This document shows, one piece after another, positions 1 through 16,404 of a stretch of 64,000 nt of DNA. The notes under the pieces were generated by a model. It was not told the origin of the DNA and searched no databases. It was given only the letters and a program-made list of their open reading frames with translations. Source of the DNA: Escherichia coli (GTDB lineage Bacteria > Pseudomonadota > Gammaproteobacteria > Enterobacterales > Enterobacteriaceae); the NCBI RefSeq assembly GCF_022846255.1, contig NZ_AP025682.1; one strand, given 5' to 3'. The position numbers were made by a program, and so were the translations under genes. Each line of letters begins with the position of its first letter. Position 1 is the stretch's first letter.

Positions 1-134
1 GATGGTACTGGCAACGTTGCCGGGCTAAATATCTCTGTTGCAACCGGCGTTTTGCTTGGTGAATGGTGGCGTCAGAATAAAGCCTGATAAATCAGCCGGG
101 TGGCAACGCTGCCATCCGGCGTTTTCCTGCAAAT

Positions 135-824
135 TTACTCACTTTCTGCCGGTAATACTGGCATCCAGTCAATCGGTTTCTCGCCACGTTGTTCCAGCCA
201 CTGATTTGCCAGCACAAAATGGTTGCAGCCAAAGAACCCACGATGCGCAGAAAGCGGTGATGGATGCGGCGCTTTCAGTATGTGATGGCGTTGCTTATCA
301 ATAATCGCCCCTTTCTTTTGCGCATGTGAGCCCCACAACAAAAACACCACGCCTTCGCGGTGCTGGTTAATCAGGCTGATTACTTTATCGGTGAAGGTCT
401 CCCAGCCGAGGCTGGCGTGGGAATGCGCCTGACCTGCGCGTACCGTCAACACAGTATTGAGTAGCAGAACGCCCTGACGCGCCCAGCTTTCAAGATAACC
501 ATGATTAGGGCGGGTGAAACCGGGAATAGTATTTTCCAGCTCTTTATACATATTCAGCAGTGACGGCGGTGTCGCAATGCCGGGGCGAACGGAAAATGCC
601 AGACCATGCGCCTGTCCCGGTCCGTGATAAGGATCCTGGCCGAGAATCACCACTTTAACGTCACCCAACTCTGTAAAGCGGAACGCGTTAAAGACATCTT
701 TTTGTGGCGGATAGATAGTGACGCCGGACTGCCGCTCGCTGGCGACGGTCTGTAGGGTATTAAGAAAATAGGGTTGCTGCTTCTCTTCAGCCAGCACATC
801 ATGCCAGGTTAATTCGTTAGCCAT
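135..824 (-). CDS. ung: uracil-DNA glycosylase
   Basis: 229-aa ORF starting [20 protein letters not shown], recognised as E. coli Ung; conserved K-12 neighbourhood. Confidence 0.95.
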   Translation of the reverse strand: MANELTWHDVLAEEKQQPYFLNTLQTVASERQSGVTIYPPQKDVFNAFRFTELGDVKVVILGQDPYHGPGQAHGLAFSVRPGIATPPSLLNMYKELENTIPGFTRPNHGYLESWARQGVLLLNTVLTVRAGQAHSHASLGWETFTDKVISLINQHREGVVFLLWGSHAQKKGAIIDKQRHHILKAPHPSPLSAHRGFFGCNHFVLANQWLEQRGEKPIDWMPVLPAESE

Positions 825-954
825 CTCGCTCTCCTGCGAATCTTCAATCCGCCTAGCTTAACTGCTTCTTTCTACAGAACAAAATCATGCTCATTTTATA
901 GACAAAAAGACATGCAAAAAAATGTAAATTGGTAAAATTTCACACCTGCATAAG

Positions 955-968
955 TTGATGTAAAACAA
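955..968. promoter_or_regulatory. distal FNR-like site TTGAT-N4-AACAA upstream of grcA
   Basis: One mismatch to the FNR consensus; centre exactly 53 bp upstream of the proximal site, matching the known two-site grcA (yfiD) promoter layout. Confidence 0.5.
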
Positions 969-1007
969 TAAAATCCATTTGTGACCACATTCGATATGTG
1001 GTATTTA

Positions 1008-1021
1008 TTGATTTAAATCAA
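1008..1021. promoter_or_regulatory. proximal FNR site TTGAT-TTAA-ATCAA upstream of grcA
   Basis: Perfect FNR consensus palindrome about 115 bp upstream of the grcA ATG. Confidence 0.65.
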
Positions 1022-1128
1022 AGAATCAAGGGTGTTTGAGGAGTATATATACACTCAAGCAACAATGGTTTTACCAATTGGCCGCGACAGGCTGAACAAA
1101 TCAAATAATTTTGCCGGGGAGGCATCAC

Positions 1129-1512
1129 ATGATTACAGGTATCCAGATTACTAAAGCCGCTAATGACGATCTGCTGAACTCTTTCTGGCTGCTGGACAGC
1201 GAAAAAGGCGAAGCGCGTTGCATCGTTGCGAAAGCAGGTTTTGCAGAAGACGAAGTGGTTGCAGTAAGCAAACTGGGTGACATTGAGTACCGTGAAGTTC
1301 CAGTAGAAGTGAAACCAGAAGTTCGCGTTGAAGGTGGTCAACACCTGAACGTAAACGTTCTGCGTCGTGAAACTCTGGAGGATGCAGTTAAGCATCCGGA
1401 AAAATATCCGCAGCTGACCATCCGTGTATCCGGTTATGCAGTTCGCTTTAACTCTCTGACTCCGGAACAGCAGCGCGACGTTATCGCTCGTACCTTTACT
1501 GAAAGCCTGTAA
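1129..1512 (+). CDS. grcA: autonomous glycyl radical cofactor GrcA (YfiD)
   Basis: 127 aa from the internal ATG ([16 protein letters not shown]...[29 protein letters not shown]); GGGAGG Shine-Dalgarno 7 nt upstream; the ORF track start at 1111 is TTG. Confidence 0.95.
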
Positions 1513-1533
1513 GGCTTAAGTAGCAAGTTACTA

Positions 1534-1564
1534 AGCGGAAGAGGGCGACCTCTTCCGCTTTTTT
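1534..1564 (+). terminator. rho-independent terminator after grcA
   Basis: Stem AGCGGAAGAGG / CCTCTTCCGCT, loop GCGA, followed by T5. Confidence 0.65.
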
Positions 1565-1566
1565 CA

Positions 1567-2154
1567 TTAATAGAAAATGCGTACCGCGCAATAGACCAGC
1601 AGCAGCGCGAGCACGATATTTAACTGGCGACCATACTGGCGAAACAATCGCTGAAACAGGTGCCCCGCCAGCGCCCAGCACACATTGCCAAACGTCCCAA
1701 TCATCGCCAGCAAAACGCTGACGCCAATTATCCAGCTTAGCGCCTGCGTTTGCGGCAGGACAAACGTCGACAGTGCTGTAATGCCATACAAAATGATTTT
1801 GACGTTCACAAACTGCAAAGCAAAGCTGGCCCAAAAACTGATTGGTTTTGTCTGAAGCCCATCTTCCTTTGTTGGACTGGTAGCGATTTTCCACGCCAGC
1901 CAGACAATATATGCCGCCCCCGCCCAACTCAACAGATGCACTGCTGCCGGGTCGATAACAGCCAGTGAAAACGAAATTCCCGCGCATAGCAACATGACGA
2001 TTAAAAATCCCAGACTCATCCCTGCCAGCACGCGAGTACTCTGACGAAATCCGTGCGTTGTAGCTGAGCTAAGGGCGAGAATATTGTTCGGTCCTGGCGT
2101 CATGGCGGTAATCAGGGTGTAAGTCCAAAAAGCACTTAAAAGGGTCGGTGTCAC
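1567..2154 (-). CDS. eamB: cysteine/O-acetylserine exporter (LysE/RhtB family)
   Basis: 195-aa hydrophobic ORF at the conserved position between grcA and yfiE. Confidence 0.9.
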   Translation of the reverse strand: MTPTLLSAFWTYTLITAMTPGPNNILALSSATTHGFRQSTRVLAGMSLGFLIVMLLCAGISFSLAVIDPAAVHLLSWAGAAYIVWLAWKIATSPTKEDGLQTKPISFWASFALQFVNVKIILYGITALSTFVLPQTQALSWIIGVSVLLAMIGTFGNVCWALAGHLFQRLFRQYGRQLNIVLALLLVYCAVRIFY

Positions 2155-2256
2155 TTGTTATCTCCTCTGTTTTGGTAGACAGTACCCGACACGGAACATT
2201 TAAAAAAATGAATGTTTTTACATTCTAAATTCGATATTTTCGATAGGTTTGGGGTT

Positions 2257-3138
2257 ATGGATCTGCGCCGTTTTATTACACTTAAAACCGTGGTGGAAGA
2301 GGGTTCCTTTTTGCGAGCTTCGCAAAAATTGTGCTGTACACAATCGACGGTGACTTTTCATATTCAGCAGCTTGAGCAGGAGTTCTCGGTACAATTGTTT
2401 GAGAAAATTGGTCGACGAATGTGCCTTACCCGCGAAGGAAAAAAGTTGCTGCCGCACATCTATGAACTTACCCGAGTGATGGATACGCTTCGTGAGGCTG
2501 CGAAAAAAGAGTCGGATCCGGACGGGGAACTACGCGTTGTTTCAGGCGAAACGTTGCTCTCTTACCGAATGCCGCAGGTGTTGCAGCGTTTTCGGCAACG
2601 CGCTCCAAAAGTGCGTTTATCGTTGCAGTCGCTGAACTGTTACGTGATCCGTGATGCGCTACTGAATGATGAGGCCGATGTCGGGGTTTTTTATCGCGTA
2701 GGGAATGATAATGCTCTGAACCGGCGAGAGTTGGGTGAACAATCGCTGGTGCTGGTGGCTTCACCGCAAATTGCAGATGTCGATTTTACTGAGCCGGGAA
2801 GACATAACGCCTGTAGTTTTATTATCAATGAACCGCAATGTGTCTTCCGCCAGATATTTGAGAGCACGCTGCGCCAGCGACGGATCACGGTGGAAAACAC
2901 CATTGAGCTTATAAGTATCGAAAGCATCAAGCGTTGTGTCGCGGCAAATATCGGGGTCAGTTACCTGCCGCGCTTTACAGTGGTAAATGAACTTGCGAGT
3001 GGCGAATTAATCGAATTGCCTTTTGGCGAACAGTCGCAGACGATTACGGCAATGTGCGCTCACCATGCCGGAAAAGCGGTTAGCCCGGCGATGCACATTT
3101 TTATTCAGTGTGTTGAAGAGTGTTTTTTGCCGGGATAA
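2257..3138 (+). CDS. yfiE: LysR-family transcriptional regulator
   Basis: 293 aa from the internal ATG (MDLRRFITLKTVVEEGSF...), N-terminal helix-turn-helix; conserved synteny. Confidence 0.85.
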   Translation: MDLRRFITLKTVVEEGSFLRASQKLCCTQSTVTFHIQQLEQEFSVQLFEKIGRRMCLTREGKKLLPHIYELTRVMDTLREAAKKESDPDGELRVVSGETLLSYRMPQVLQRFRQRAPKVRLSLQSLNCYVIRDALLNDEADVGVFYRVGNDNALNRRELGEQSLVLVASPQIADVDFTEPGRHNACSFIINEPQCVFRQIFESTLRQRRITVENTIELISIESIKRCVAANIGVSYLPRFTVVNELASGELIELPFGEQSQTITAMCAHHAGKAVSPAMHIFIQCVEECFLPG

Positions 3139-3170
3139 AAATAATGCCGGGCTTAAACCCGGCATTGAGA

Positions 3171-4505
3171 TTACTCTTCTGTCGTTTGCGGTGGCACGCC
3201 CGTTCCGCTCGGTTTACGGCGCTTACCAATATTTTTGGTGTCGCGATGGCGTTTTTTCACCCGCGGCTTATCTTTCTCTTTAGCTTTTTTCTTCTCGGCG
3301 CGTTTAGCCAGTACTTTCTTCGATGGCTTGCCGGTCTGCTTCTCGCTTGGCGCACGCGTTTTCGGGCGTAACTCATCAATTACACGAGCTTTAATTGGCT
3401 CTTCAATATAGCGACCAACTTTGCCCAGCAGCAGATGGTCATGGGCTTCTACCAGCGAAATTGCGGTGCCTTTACGACCGGCGCGCGCGGTACGTCCGAT
3501 ACGGTGCAAATAAGTATCGCCACTGCGCGGCATATCGAAGTTAAAGACGTGGCTGACGTCAGGAATGTCGATACCGCGCGCGGCAACATCGGTTGCAACC
3601 AGTACGTTTACGCGACCTTCGGTCAAACGCTTGATCGCTTCGTTACGCTTGCCCTGTACCATCTCACCTTCGAGATAGCAGTTGTTGATGCCCGCTTCGC
3701 GCAGCCAGTTTGCCAGCTCATGCACACGCTCACGCTTACGCACAAACACAATTGAGCGGGTCGCTTCCGGCTGTTTTAACAGGTGCACCAGCAATGCGGT
3801 TTTATGTTCCAGGTCATCGGCGCGGTAATACCACTGATGAATTTTTTTGCGCTCACGGGTGGACGGATTGGCAGAAACCTCCACCGGATCTTCCAGCAGA
3901 CGCTCGGCAAAGTCCTGAATCGCATCGCCTTCCAGCGTTGCCGAAAAGAGCAGGGTCTGTTTACGCCAGCGCGTTTCGCCAGCAATATGTTCGATATCCT
4001 GAGCGAAGCCCATATCCAGCATACGGTCTGCTTCGTCGAGGATCAGCGTTTCAACCGCGCGGCAATCGAAGTTCTCTTCTTTTATGTATTGCAGCAGACG
4101 TCCGGTCGTGGCGACCACAATGTCCTGGTTTTCGCTGAACACTTCTGCGTGGTTCATATAGGCCACGCCGCCGGTGATGGTGGCGATATCCAGATGCGTA
4201 TGTTTCGCCAGTTCGCGGGCATGATCGGCCACCTGCATCGCCAGCTCGCGAGTTGGGGTGAGGATCAAAATACGCGGCGGACCGGATTTCTTACGTGGGA
4301 AATCGAGCAGGTGCTGCAACGCTGGCAGCAGATACGCCGCCGTTTTACCGGTGCCTGTCGGCGCAGAACCGAGTACATCACGGCCATCGAGCGCAGGCGG
4401 AATGGCGGCAGCCTGAATGGCGGTCGGGCGAGTGAAACCTTTATCCTGGAGGGCTTCCAGCAGGCTTTCGTCGAGTTCAAGTTCGGAAAAAGTCGTTACA
4501 GTCAT
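3171..4505 (-). CDS. srmB: ATP-dependent DEAD-box RNA helicase SrmB
   Basis: 444 aa; APTGTGKT Walker A, DEAD box ([14 protein letters not shown]), basic C-terminal tail. Confidence 0.95.
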   Translation of the reverse strand: MTVTTFSELELDESLLEALQDKGFTRPTAIQAAAIPPALDGRDVLGSAPTGTGKTAAYLLPALQHLLDFPRKKSGPPRILILTPTRELAMQVADHARELAKHTHLDIATITGGVAYMNHAEVFSENQDIVVATTGRLLQYIKEENFDCRAVETLILDEADRMLDMGFAQDIEHIAGETRWRKQTLLFSATLEGDAIQDFAERLLEDPVEVSANPSTRERKKIHQWYYRADDLEHKTALLVHLLKQPEATRSIVFVRKRERVHELANWLREAGINNCYLEGEMVQGKRNEAIKRLTEGRVNVLVATDVAARGIDIPDVSHVFNFDMPRSGDTYLHRIGRTARAGRKGTAISLVEAHDHLLLGKVGRYIEEPIKARVIDELRPKTRAPSEKQTGKPSKKVLAKRAEKKKAKEKDKPRVKKRHRDTKNIGKRRKPSGTGVPPQTTEE

Positions 4506-4636
4506 GTTCTACCTCTGTGTGGGGCGCTGATTATAGACGTTACGGCTGCAATCTTCATCTGTTTGTATGGATATCGCTTCTCGGGTATTGTTCTCACCCG
4601 GTGCTATCGCCGTTTTTCCTGCAAGGTTTTATTTTC

Positions 4637-7005
<2,369 letters not shown>

Positions 7006-7278
7006 TGGTTTGGTCAGCATAGCATCATGTTGTGCGAATAAACACCTGCTATTTTAATATTTGTTACAGTTGCTAAACACGCTGACGCAGGGCGGCGAGA
7101 AAAAGAGAAGTTACTGGCTGGTGGAGGATTAGGTGGTGAAATAAAAAGGCCGTTGGGTTACTCTTCAGGCAGTTAAATGGGCATTTCTACACAGATAATG
7201 CGATGTTCAGATTCTGTAGACTTATAATGATAGATAATGATCCGTCTACAGCATGACAAACAAAAACAGATGCGTTAC

Positions 7279-7306
7279 GGAACTTTACAAAAACGAGACA
7301 CTCTAA
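7279..7306 (+). promoter_or_regulatory. sigma-E-type promoter upstream of rpoE (rpoE P2-like)
   Basis: GGAACTT, 16-nt spacer, TCTAA; about 83 bp upstream of the rpoE ATG. Confidence 0.7.
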
Positions 7307-7388
7307 CCCTTTGCTTGCTCAAATTGCAGCTAATGGAGTGGCGTTTCGATAGCGCGTGGAAATTTGGTTTGGGGAGACTTTACCTCGG

Positions 7389-7964
7389 ATGAGCGAGCAG
7401 TTAACGGACCAGGTCCTGGTTGAACGGGTCCAGAAGGGAGATCAGAAAGCCTTTAACTTACTGGTAGTGCGCTATCAGCATAAAGTGGCGAGTCTGGTTT
7501 CCCGCTATGTGCCGTCGGGTGATGTTCCCGATGTGGTACAAGAAGCTTTTATTAAAGCCTATCGTGCGCTGGATTCGTTCCGGGGAGATAGCGCTTTTTA
7601 TACATGGCTGTATCGGATTGCTGTAAATACAGCGAAAAATTACCTGGTTGCTCAGGGGCGTCGTCCACCTTCCAGTGATGTGGATGCCATTGAAGCTGAA
7701 AACTTCGAAAGTGGCGGCGCGTTGAAAGAAATTTCGAACCCTGAGAACTTAATGTTGTCAGAAGAACTGAGACAGATAGTTTTCCGAACTATTGAGTCCC
7801 TCCCGGAAGATTTACGCATGGCAATAACCTTGCGGGAGCTGGATGGCCTGAGCTATGAAGAGATAGCCGCTATCATGGATTGTCCGGTAGGTACGGTGCG
7901 TTCACGTATCTTCCGAGCGAGGGAAGCTATTGATAACAAAGTTCAACCGCTTATCAGGCGTTGA
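7389..7964 (+). CDS. rpoE: RNA polymerase sigma-E factor
   Basis: 191 aa from the internal ATG (MSEQLTDQVLVERVQKGDQKAF...). Confidence 0.95.
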   Translation: MSEQLTDQVLVERVQKGDQKAFNLLVVRYQHKVASLVSRYVPSGDVPDVVQEAFIKAYRALDSFRGDSAFYTWLYRIAVNTAKNYLVAQGRRPPSSDVDAIEAENFESGGALKEISNPENLMLSEELRQIVFRTIESLPEDLRMAITLRELDGLSYEEIAAIMDCPVGTVRSRIFRAREAIDNKVQPLIRR

Positions 7965-7996
7965 CGATAGCGGGATACTGGATAAGGGTATTAGGC

Positions 7997-8647
7997 ATGC
8001 AGAAAGAACAACTTTCCGCTTTAATGGATGGCGAAACGCTGGATAGTGAGCTGCTTAACGAACTGGCTCATAACCCAGAAATGCAGAAAACCTGGGAAAA
8101 CTATCACTTAATCCGTGACTCAATGCGGGGTGATACTCCCGAGGTGCTCCATTTCGATATCTCTTCACGCGTGATGGCCGCCATTGAAGAAGAGCCAGTA
8201 CGTCAACCGGCGACATTGATCCCGGAAGCCCAGCCTGCGCCGCATCAATGGCAGAAAATGCCATTCTGGCAGAAAGTACGTCCGTGGGCGGCACAGCTTA
8301 CCCAAATGGGCGTAGCCGCATGCGTATCGCTTGCAGTTATCGTTGGTGTCCAGCACTATAATGGACAATCTGAAACGTCCCAGCAGCCCGAAACGCCGGT
8401 ATTTAATACACTGCCGATGATGGGTAAAGCCAGCCCGGTAAGCCTGGGAGTACCTTCTGAAGCGACCGCAAACAATGGTCAACAGCAGCAGGTACAGGAG
8501 CAGCGTCGTCGCATTAATGCAATGTTGCAGGATTACGAACTGCAACGCCGACTCCACTCTGAACAGCTTCAGTTTGAGCAGGCGCAAACCCAGCAAGCCG
8601 CTGTACAGGTGCCAGGAATTCAAACTTTAGGAACGCAATCGCAGTAA
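7997..8647 (+). CDS. rseA: anti-sigma-E factor RseA
   Basis: 216 aa from the internal ATG (MQKEQLSALMDGETLDSELLNELAHNPEMQKTWENYHLIRD...). Confidence 0.9.
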   Translation: MQKEQLSALMDGETLDSELLNELAHNPEMQKTWENYHLIRDSMRGDTPEVLHFDISSRVMAAIEEEPVRQPATLIPEAQPAPHQWQKMPFWQKVRPWAAQLTQMGVAACVSLAVIVGVQHYNGQSETSQQPETPVFNTLPMMGKASPVSLGVPSEATANNGQQQQVQEQRRRINAMLQDYELQRRLHSEQLQFEQAQTQQAAVQVPGIQTLGTQSQ

Positions 8648-9603
8648 TGAAGCAACTTTGGTTTGCCATGTCATTAGTGACAGGTAGCCTGTTATTCTCT
8701 GCTAACGCCTCGGCCACTCCCGCGTCCGGGGCGTTATTACAGCAGATGAACCTGGCCAGTCAGTCACTGAATTACGAGCTGTCATTCATCAGCATCAATA
8801 AACAGGGTGTTGAGTCTCTGCGTTATCGACATGCACGCCTCGATAACCGTCCTCTTGCACAATTGTTGCAAATGGATGGCCCGCGCCGGGAAGTGGTACA
8901 GCGCGGCAATGAGATCAGCTATTTTGAACCGGGACTTGAACCGTTCACGCTTAATGGCGATTACATTGTTGATTCTCTGCCATCGCTCATCTATACCGAT
9001 TTCAAACGCCTTTCTCCTTACTACGACTTTATCTCCGTCGGGCGCACGCGTATTGCTGATCGTCTTTGCGAAGTTATTCGCGTGGTTGCCCGAGATGGTA
9101 CACGCTACAGCTACATCGTGTGGATGGACACCGAATCGAAATTACCGATGAGGGTTGATCTCCTTGATCGCGATGGTGAAACGCTGGAACAATTTCGCGT
9201 GATTGCTTTTAATGTCAATCAGGATATCAGCAGCAGTATGCAGACGCTGGCGAAGGCAAATTTGCCGCCGTTGCTTTCTGTTCCTGTAGGTGAAAAAGCC
9301 AAATTCAACTGGACTCCAACCTGGTTGCCACAGGGTTTTAGCGAAGTTTCCAGTAGTCGACGTCCGCTACCGACGATGGACAACATGCCTATTGAATCAC
9401 GTCTCTATTCCGACGGATTATTCAGCTTCTCGGTAAACGTTAACCGCGCTACGCCATCGAGCACCGATCAGATGTTGCGCACCGGACGCAGAACCGTCAG
9501 TACAAGCGTACGTGATAACGCCGAAATCACCATTGTCGGTGAACTGCCGCCGCAAACGGCGAAACGCATTGCCGAGAATATTAAGTTCGGGGCAGCGCAA
9601 TGA
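8647..9603 (+). CDS. rseB: sigma-E regulatory protein RseB
   Basis: 318 aa with signal peptide; start overlaps the rseA stop. Confidence 0.95.
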   Translation: MKQLWFAMSLVTGSLLFSANASATPASGALLQQMNLASQSLNYELSFISINKQGVESLRYRHARLDNRPLAQLLQMDGPRREVVQRGNEISYFEPGLEPFTLNGDYIVDSLPSLIYTDFKRLSPYYDFISVGRTRIADRLCEVIRVVARDGTRYSYIVWMDTESKLPMRVDLLDRDGETLEQFRVIAFNVNQDISSSMQTLAKANLPPLLSVPVGEKAKFNWTPTWLPQGFSEVSSSRRPLPTMDNMPIESRLYSDGLFSFSVNVNRATPSSTDQMLRTGRRTVSTSVRDNAEITIVGELPPQTAKRIAENIKFGAAQ

Positions 9604-10079
9604 TCAAAGAGTGGGCTACCGTCGTCTCCTGGGAAAACGGGCAGGCGCTGGTTAGTTGTGATGTTAAAGCCTCATGCAGCAGCTGCGCTTCACGCGCCGG
9701 TTGCGGTAGCCGCGTGTTGAATAAACTTGGCCCGCAAACCACGCATACCATTGTCGTACCCTGTGATGAACAGTTAGTGCCGGGGCAAAAAGTAGAATTA
9801 GGAATCGCCGAAGGCAGCCTGCTTAGCTCCGCATTACTGGTTTATATGTCGCCGTTGGTGGGACTATTCCTCATCGCTTCACTATTTCAGCTACTCTTTG
9901 CTTCAGATATTGCAGCATTATGCGGTGCGATTCTCGGTGGCGTTGGTGGATTCCTGATTGCACGTGGCTGCTCTCGAAAGTTTGCTGCCCGGTCTGAATG
10001 GCAACCGATCATCTTAAGCGTGGCCTTGCCGCCTGGCCTTGTGCGATTTGAAACATCTTCGGAAGACGCGAGCCAGTGA
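9600..10079 (+). CDS. rseC: sigma-E regulatory protein RseC
   Basis: 159 aa with cysteine-rich N-terminus and C-terminal membrane segments; overlaps the rseB stop. Confidence 0.93.
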   Translation: MIKEWATVVSWENGQALVSCDVKASCSSCASRAGCGSRVLNKLGPQTTHTIVVPCDEQLVPGQKVELGIAEGSLLSSALLVYMSPLVGLFLIASLFQLLFASDIAALCGAILGGVGGFLIARGCSRKFAARSEWQPIILSVALPPGLVRFETSSEDASQ

Positions 10080-10276
10080 TTTCACTGGCTTTGTTGCATT
10101 TTGCATAACAAATGCGAGGACGTTTCCAGATACCACAATCCATACGGTATGAACATTTCCTCGCCTCAATGTTGTAGTGTAGAATGCGGCGTTTCTATTA
10201 ATACAGACGTTAAGCTCAGAACAGCGACTTCTAAAAGCCTGGTTAACCGGGCATTAAGGCACAATAATCATACTTT

Positions 10277-12076
<1,800 letters not shown>

Positions 12077-12091
12077 CCCTTAGGAGTTGGC

Positions 12092-13066
12092 ATGGCGAAT
12101 ATGTTTGCCCTGATTCTGGTGATTGCCACACTGGTGACGGGCATTTTATGGTGCGTGGATAAATTCTTTTTCGCACCTAAACGGCGGGAACGTCAGGCAG
12201 CGGCGCAGGCGGCTGCCGGTGACTCACTGGATAAAGCAACACTGAAAAAGGTTGCGCCGAAGCCTGGCTGGCTGGAAACCGGTGCTTCTGTTTTTCCGGT
12301 GCTGGCTATCGTATTGATTGTGCGTTCGTTTATTTATGAACCGTTCCAGATCCCGTCAGGTTCGATGATGCCGACTCTGTTAATCGGTGATTTTATTCTG
12401 GTAGAGAAGTTTGCTTATGGCATTAAAGATCCTATCTACCAGAAAACGCTGATCGAAACCGGTCATCCGAAACGCGGCGATATCGTGGTCTTTAAATATC
12501 CGGAAGATCCAAAGCTTGATTACATCAAGCGCGCGGTGGGTTTACCGGGCGATAAAGTCACTTATGATCCGGTCTCGAAAGAGCTGACGATTCAACCGGG
12601 ATGCAGTTCCGGCCAGGTATGTGAAAACGCGCTGCCGGTCACCTACTCCAACGTGGAACCGAGCGATTTCGTTCAGACCTTCTCACGCCGTAATGGTGGG
12701 GAAGCGACCAGCGGATTCTTTGAAGTGCCGAAAAACGAAACCAAAGAAAATGGAATTCGTCTTTCCGAGCGTAAAGAGACACTGGGTGATGTGACGCATC
12801 GTATTCTGACAGTGCCGATTGCGCAGGACCAGGTGGGGATGTATTACCAGCAGCCAGGGCAACAACTGGCAACCTGGATTGTTCCGCCGGGACAATACTT
12901 CATGATGGGTGACAACCGCGACAACAGCGCGGACAGCCGTTACTGGGGCTTTGTGCCGGAAGCGAATCTGGTCGGTCGGGCAACGGCTATCTGGATGAGC
13001 TTCGATAAGCAAGAAGGCGAATGGCCGACAGGTGTGCGCTTAAGCCGCATTGGCGGCATCCATTAA
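12092..13066 (+). CDS. lepB: signal peptidase I
   Basis: 324 aa; catalytic SGSMMPTL motif. Confidence 0.97.
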   Translation: MANMFALILVIATLVTGILWCVDKFFFAPKRRERQAAAQAAAGDSLDKATLKKVAPKPGWLETGASVFPVLAIVLIVRSFIYEPFQIPSGSMMPTLLIGDFILVEKFAYGIKDPIYQKTLIETGHPKRGDIVVFKYPEDPKLDYIKRAVGLPGDKVTYDPVSKELTIQPGCSSGQVCENALPVTYSNVEPSDFVQTFSRRNGGEATSGFFEVPKNETKENGIRLSERKETLGDVTHRILTVPIAQDQVGMYYQQPGQQLATWIVPPGQYFMMGDNRDNSADSRYWGFVPEANLVGRATAIWMSFDKQEGEWPTGVRLSRIGGIH

Positions 13067-13081
13067 TAGCCCATCTTCGTT

Positions 13082-13110
13082 CACGTTGTCGCCGTTATGG
13101 CGACAACGTG
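13082..13110 (+). terminator. hairpin after lepB (probable terminator)
   Basis: 12-bp perfect stem CACGTTGTCGCC / GGCGACAACGTG with loop GTTAT; the downstream T-run is weak. Confidence 0.45.
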
Positions 13111-13211
13111 AATTATTTATGAGATAAATCTCCCGTGGCTAACGACATCCCCCGTCGTTGTGTATAGAATATTCCCCCGAAGTTTAAGGTTGGCACCTCC
13201 AGGTTGCCACG

Positions 13212-13305
13212 GCACACGAAACAGCGTTGGTCCCCATATACCGGTAAACTGAAACTGCAGCGAAGCAGTTAGCAGAGCCATGTATATCAGGTCTGTTTCG
13301 TGTGC
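13212..13305 (+). promoter_or_regulatory. rnc leader long-range stem (candidate RNase III autoregulatory site)
   Basis: 13-bp inverted repeat GCACACGAAACAG (13212..13224) / CTGTTTCGTGTGC (13293..13305) in the 5' UTR of rnc. Confidence 0.45.
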
Positions 13306-13308
13306 TGA

Positions 13309-14921
<1,613 letters not shown>

Positions 14922-14932
14922 GAGTAACTCCG

Positions 14933-15661
14933 ATGGAAGGCTGGCAGCGCGCATTTGTCCTGCATAGTCGCCCGTGGAGCGAAACCAGCTTGATGCTGGA
15001 CGTCTTCACGGAGGAATCGGGTCGCGTGCGTCTGGTTGCCAAAGGCGCACGCTCTAAACGCTCTACTCTGAAAGGTGCATTACAGCCTTTCACCCCTCTC
15101 TTGCTACGTTTCGGCGGGCGTGGCGAAGTAAAAACGCTGCGCAGTGCTGAAGCCGTCTCGCTGGCGCTGCCATTAAGCGGTATCACGCTTTACAGCGGTC
15201 TGTACATCAACGAACTTCTCTCCCGCGTACTGGAATACGAGACGCGCTTCTCTGAACTCTTTTTCGATTACTTGCACTGCATTCAGTCACTTGCAGGTGC
15301 CACTGGTACGCCAGAACCCGCGCTGCGCCGCTTTGAACTGGCACTGCTCGGGCATCTGGGCTATGGCGTCAATTTTACCCATTGTGCGGGTAGCGGCGAG
15401 CCGGTAGATGACACCATGACGTATCGTTATCGCGAAGAAAAAGGGTTTATCGCAAGCGTCGTTATCGACAATAAAACGTTCACCGGAAGGCAGTTAAAAG
15501 CGTTAAACGCGCGGGAATTTCCTGACGCAGACACACTGCGCGCCGCGAAACGCTTTACCCGCATGGCGCTTAAGCCGTATCTTGGCGGTAAACCATTAAA
15601 GAGCAGGGAACTGTTCCGGCAGTTTATGCCTAAGCGAACGGTGAAAACACATTATGAATGA
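14933..15661 (+). CDS. recO: DNA repair protein RecO
   Basis: 242 aa; conserved operon position. Confidence 0.95.
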
Positions 15662-15672
15662 TGAGGATTGTC

Positions 15673-16404
15673 ATGGCTGAATTACTGTTAGGCGTCAACA
15701 TTGACCATATTGCAACGCTGCGTAACGCACGCGGTACTGCTTACCCGGATCCGGTGCAGGCGGCGTTTATTGCCGAGCAGGCGGGAGCAGACGGCATTAC
15801 CGTGCATTTACGTGAAGATCGCCGCCACATTACCGACCGCGATGTGCGCATCCTGCGTCAGACGCTGGATACCCGCATGAATCTGGAGATGGCGGTGACC
15901 GAAGAGATGCTGGCGATCGCCGTTGAGACGAAGCCACATTTTTGCTGTCTGGTACCGGAAAAGCGTCAGGAAGTAACAACCGAAGGCGGCCTGGACGTCG
16001 CTGGACAGCGTGAAAAAATGCGCGATGCCTGCAAACGTCTGGCGGAGGCCGGGATCCAGGTTTCTCTGTTTATCGACGCCGATGAAGAGCAGATCAAAGC
16101 TGCGGCAGAGGTTGGCGCACCGTTTATCGAGATCCACACAGGTTGCTATGCTGATGCCAAAACTGACGCCGAACAGGCGCAAGAGCTGGCGCGTATCGCC
16201 AAAGCCGCGACCTTTGCCGCCAGTCTCGGTCTGAAAGTTAACGCTGGTCACGGTCTGACCTATCACAACGTGAAAGCCATTGCCGCCATTCCTGAGATGC
16301 ACGAACTGAATATCGGTCATGCCATTATTGGTCGTGCAGTGATGACCGGACTGAAAGATGCGGTGGCAGAAATGAAGCGTCTGATGCTGGAAGTGCGTGG
16401 CTAA
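15673..16404 (+). CDS. pdxJ: pyridoxine 5'-phosphate synthase
   Basis: 243 aa from the internal ATG ([21 protein letters not shown]...). Confidence 0.93.

Noticed and set aside
1018-1395. 125-aa minus-strand ORF antisense to grcA
   Set aside because: Lies entirely within the well-supported grcA gene on the opposite strand; no coding features; typical antisense artefact.
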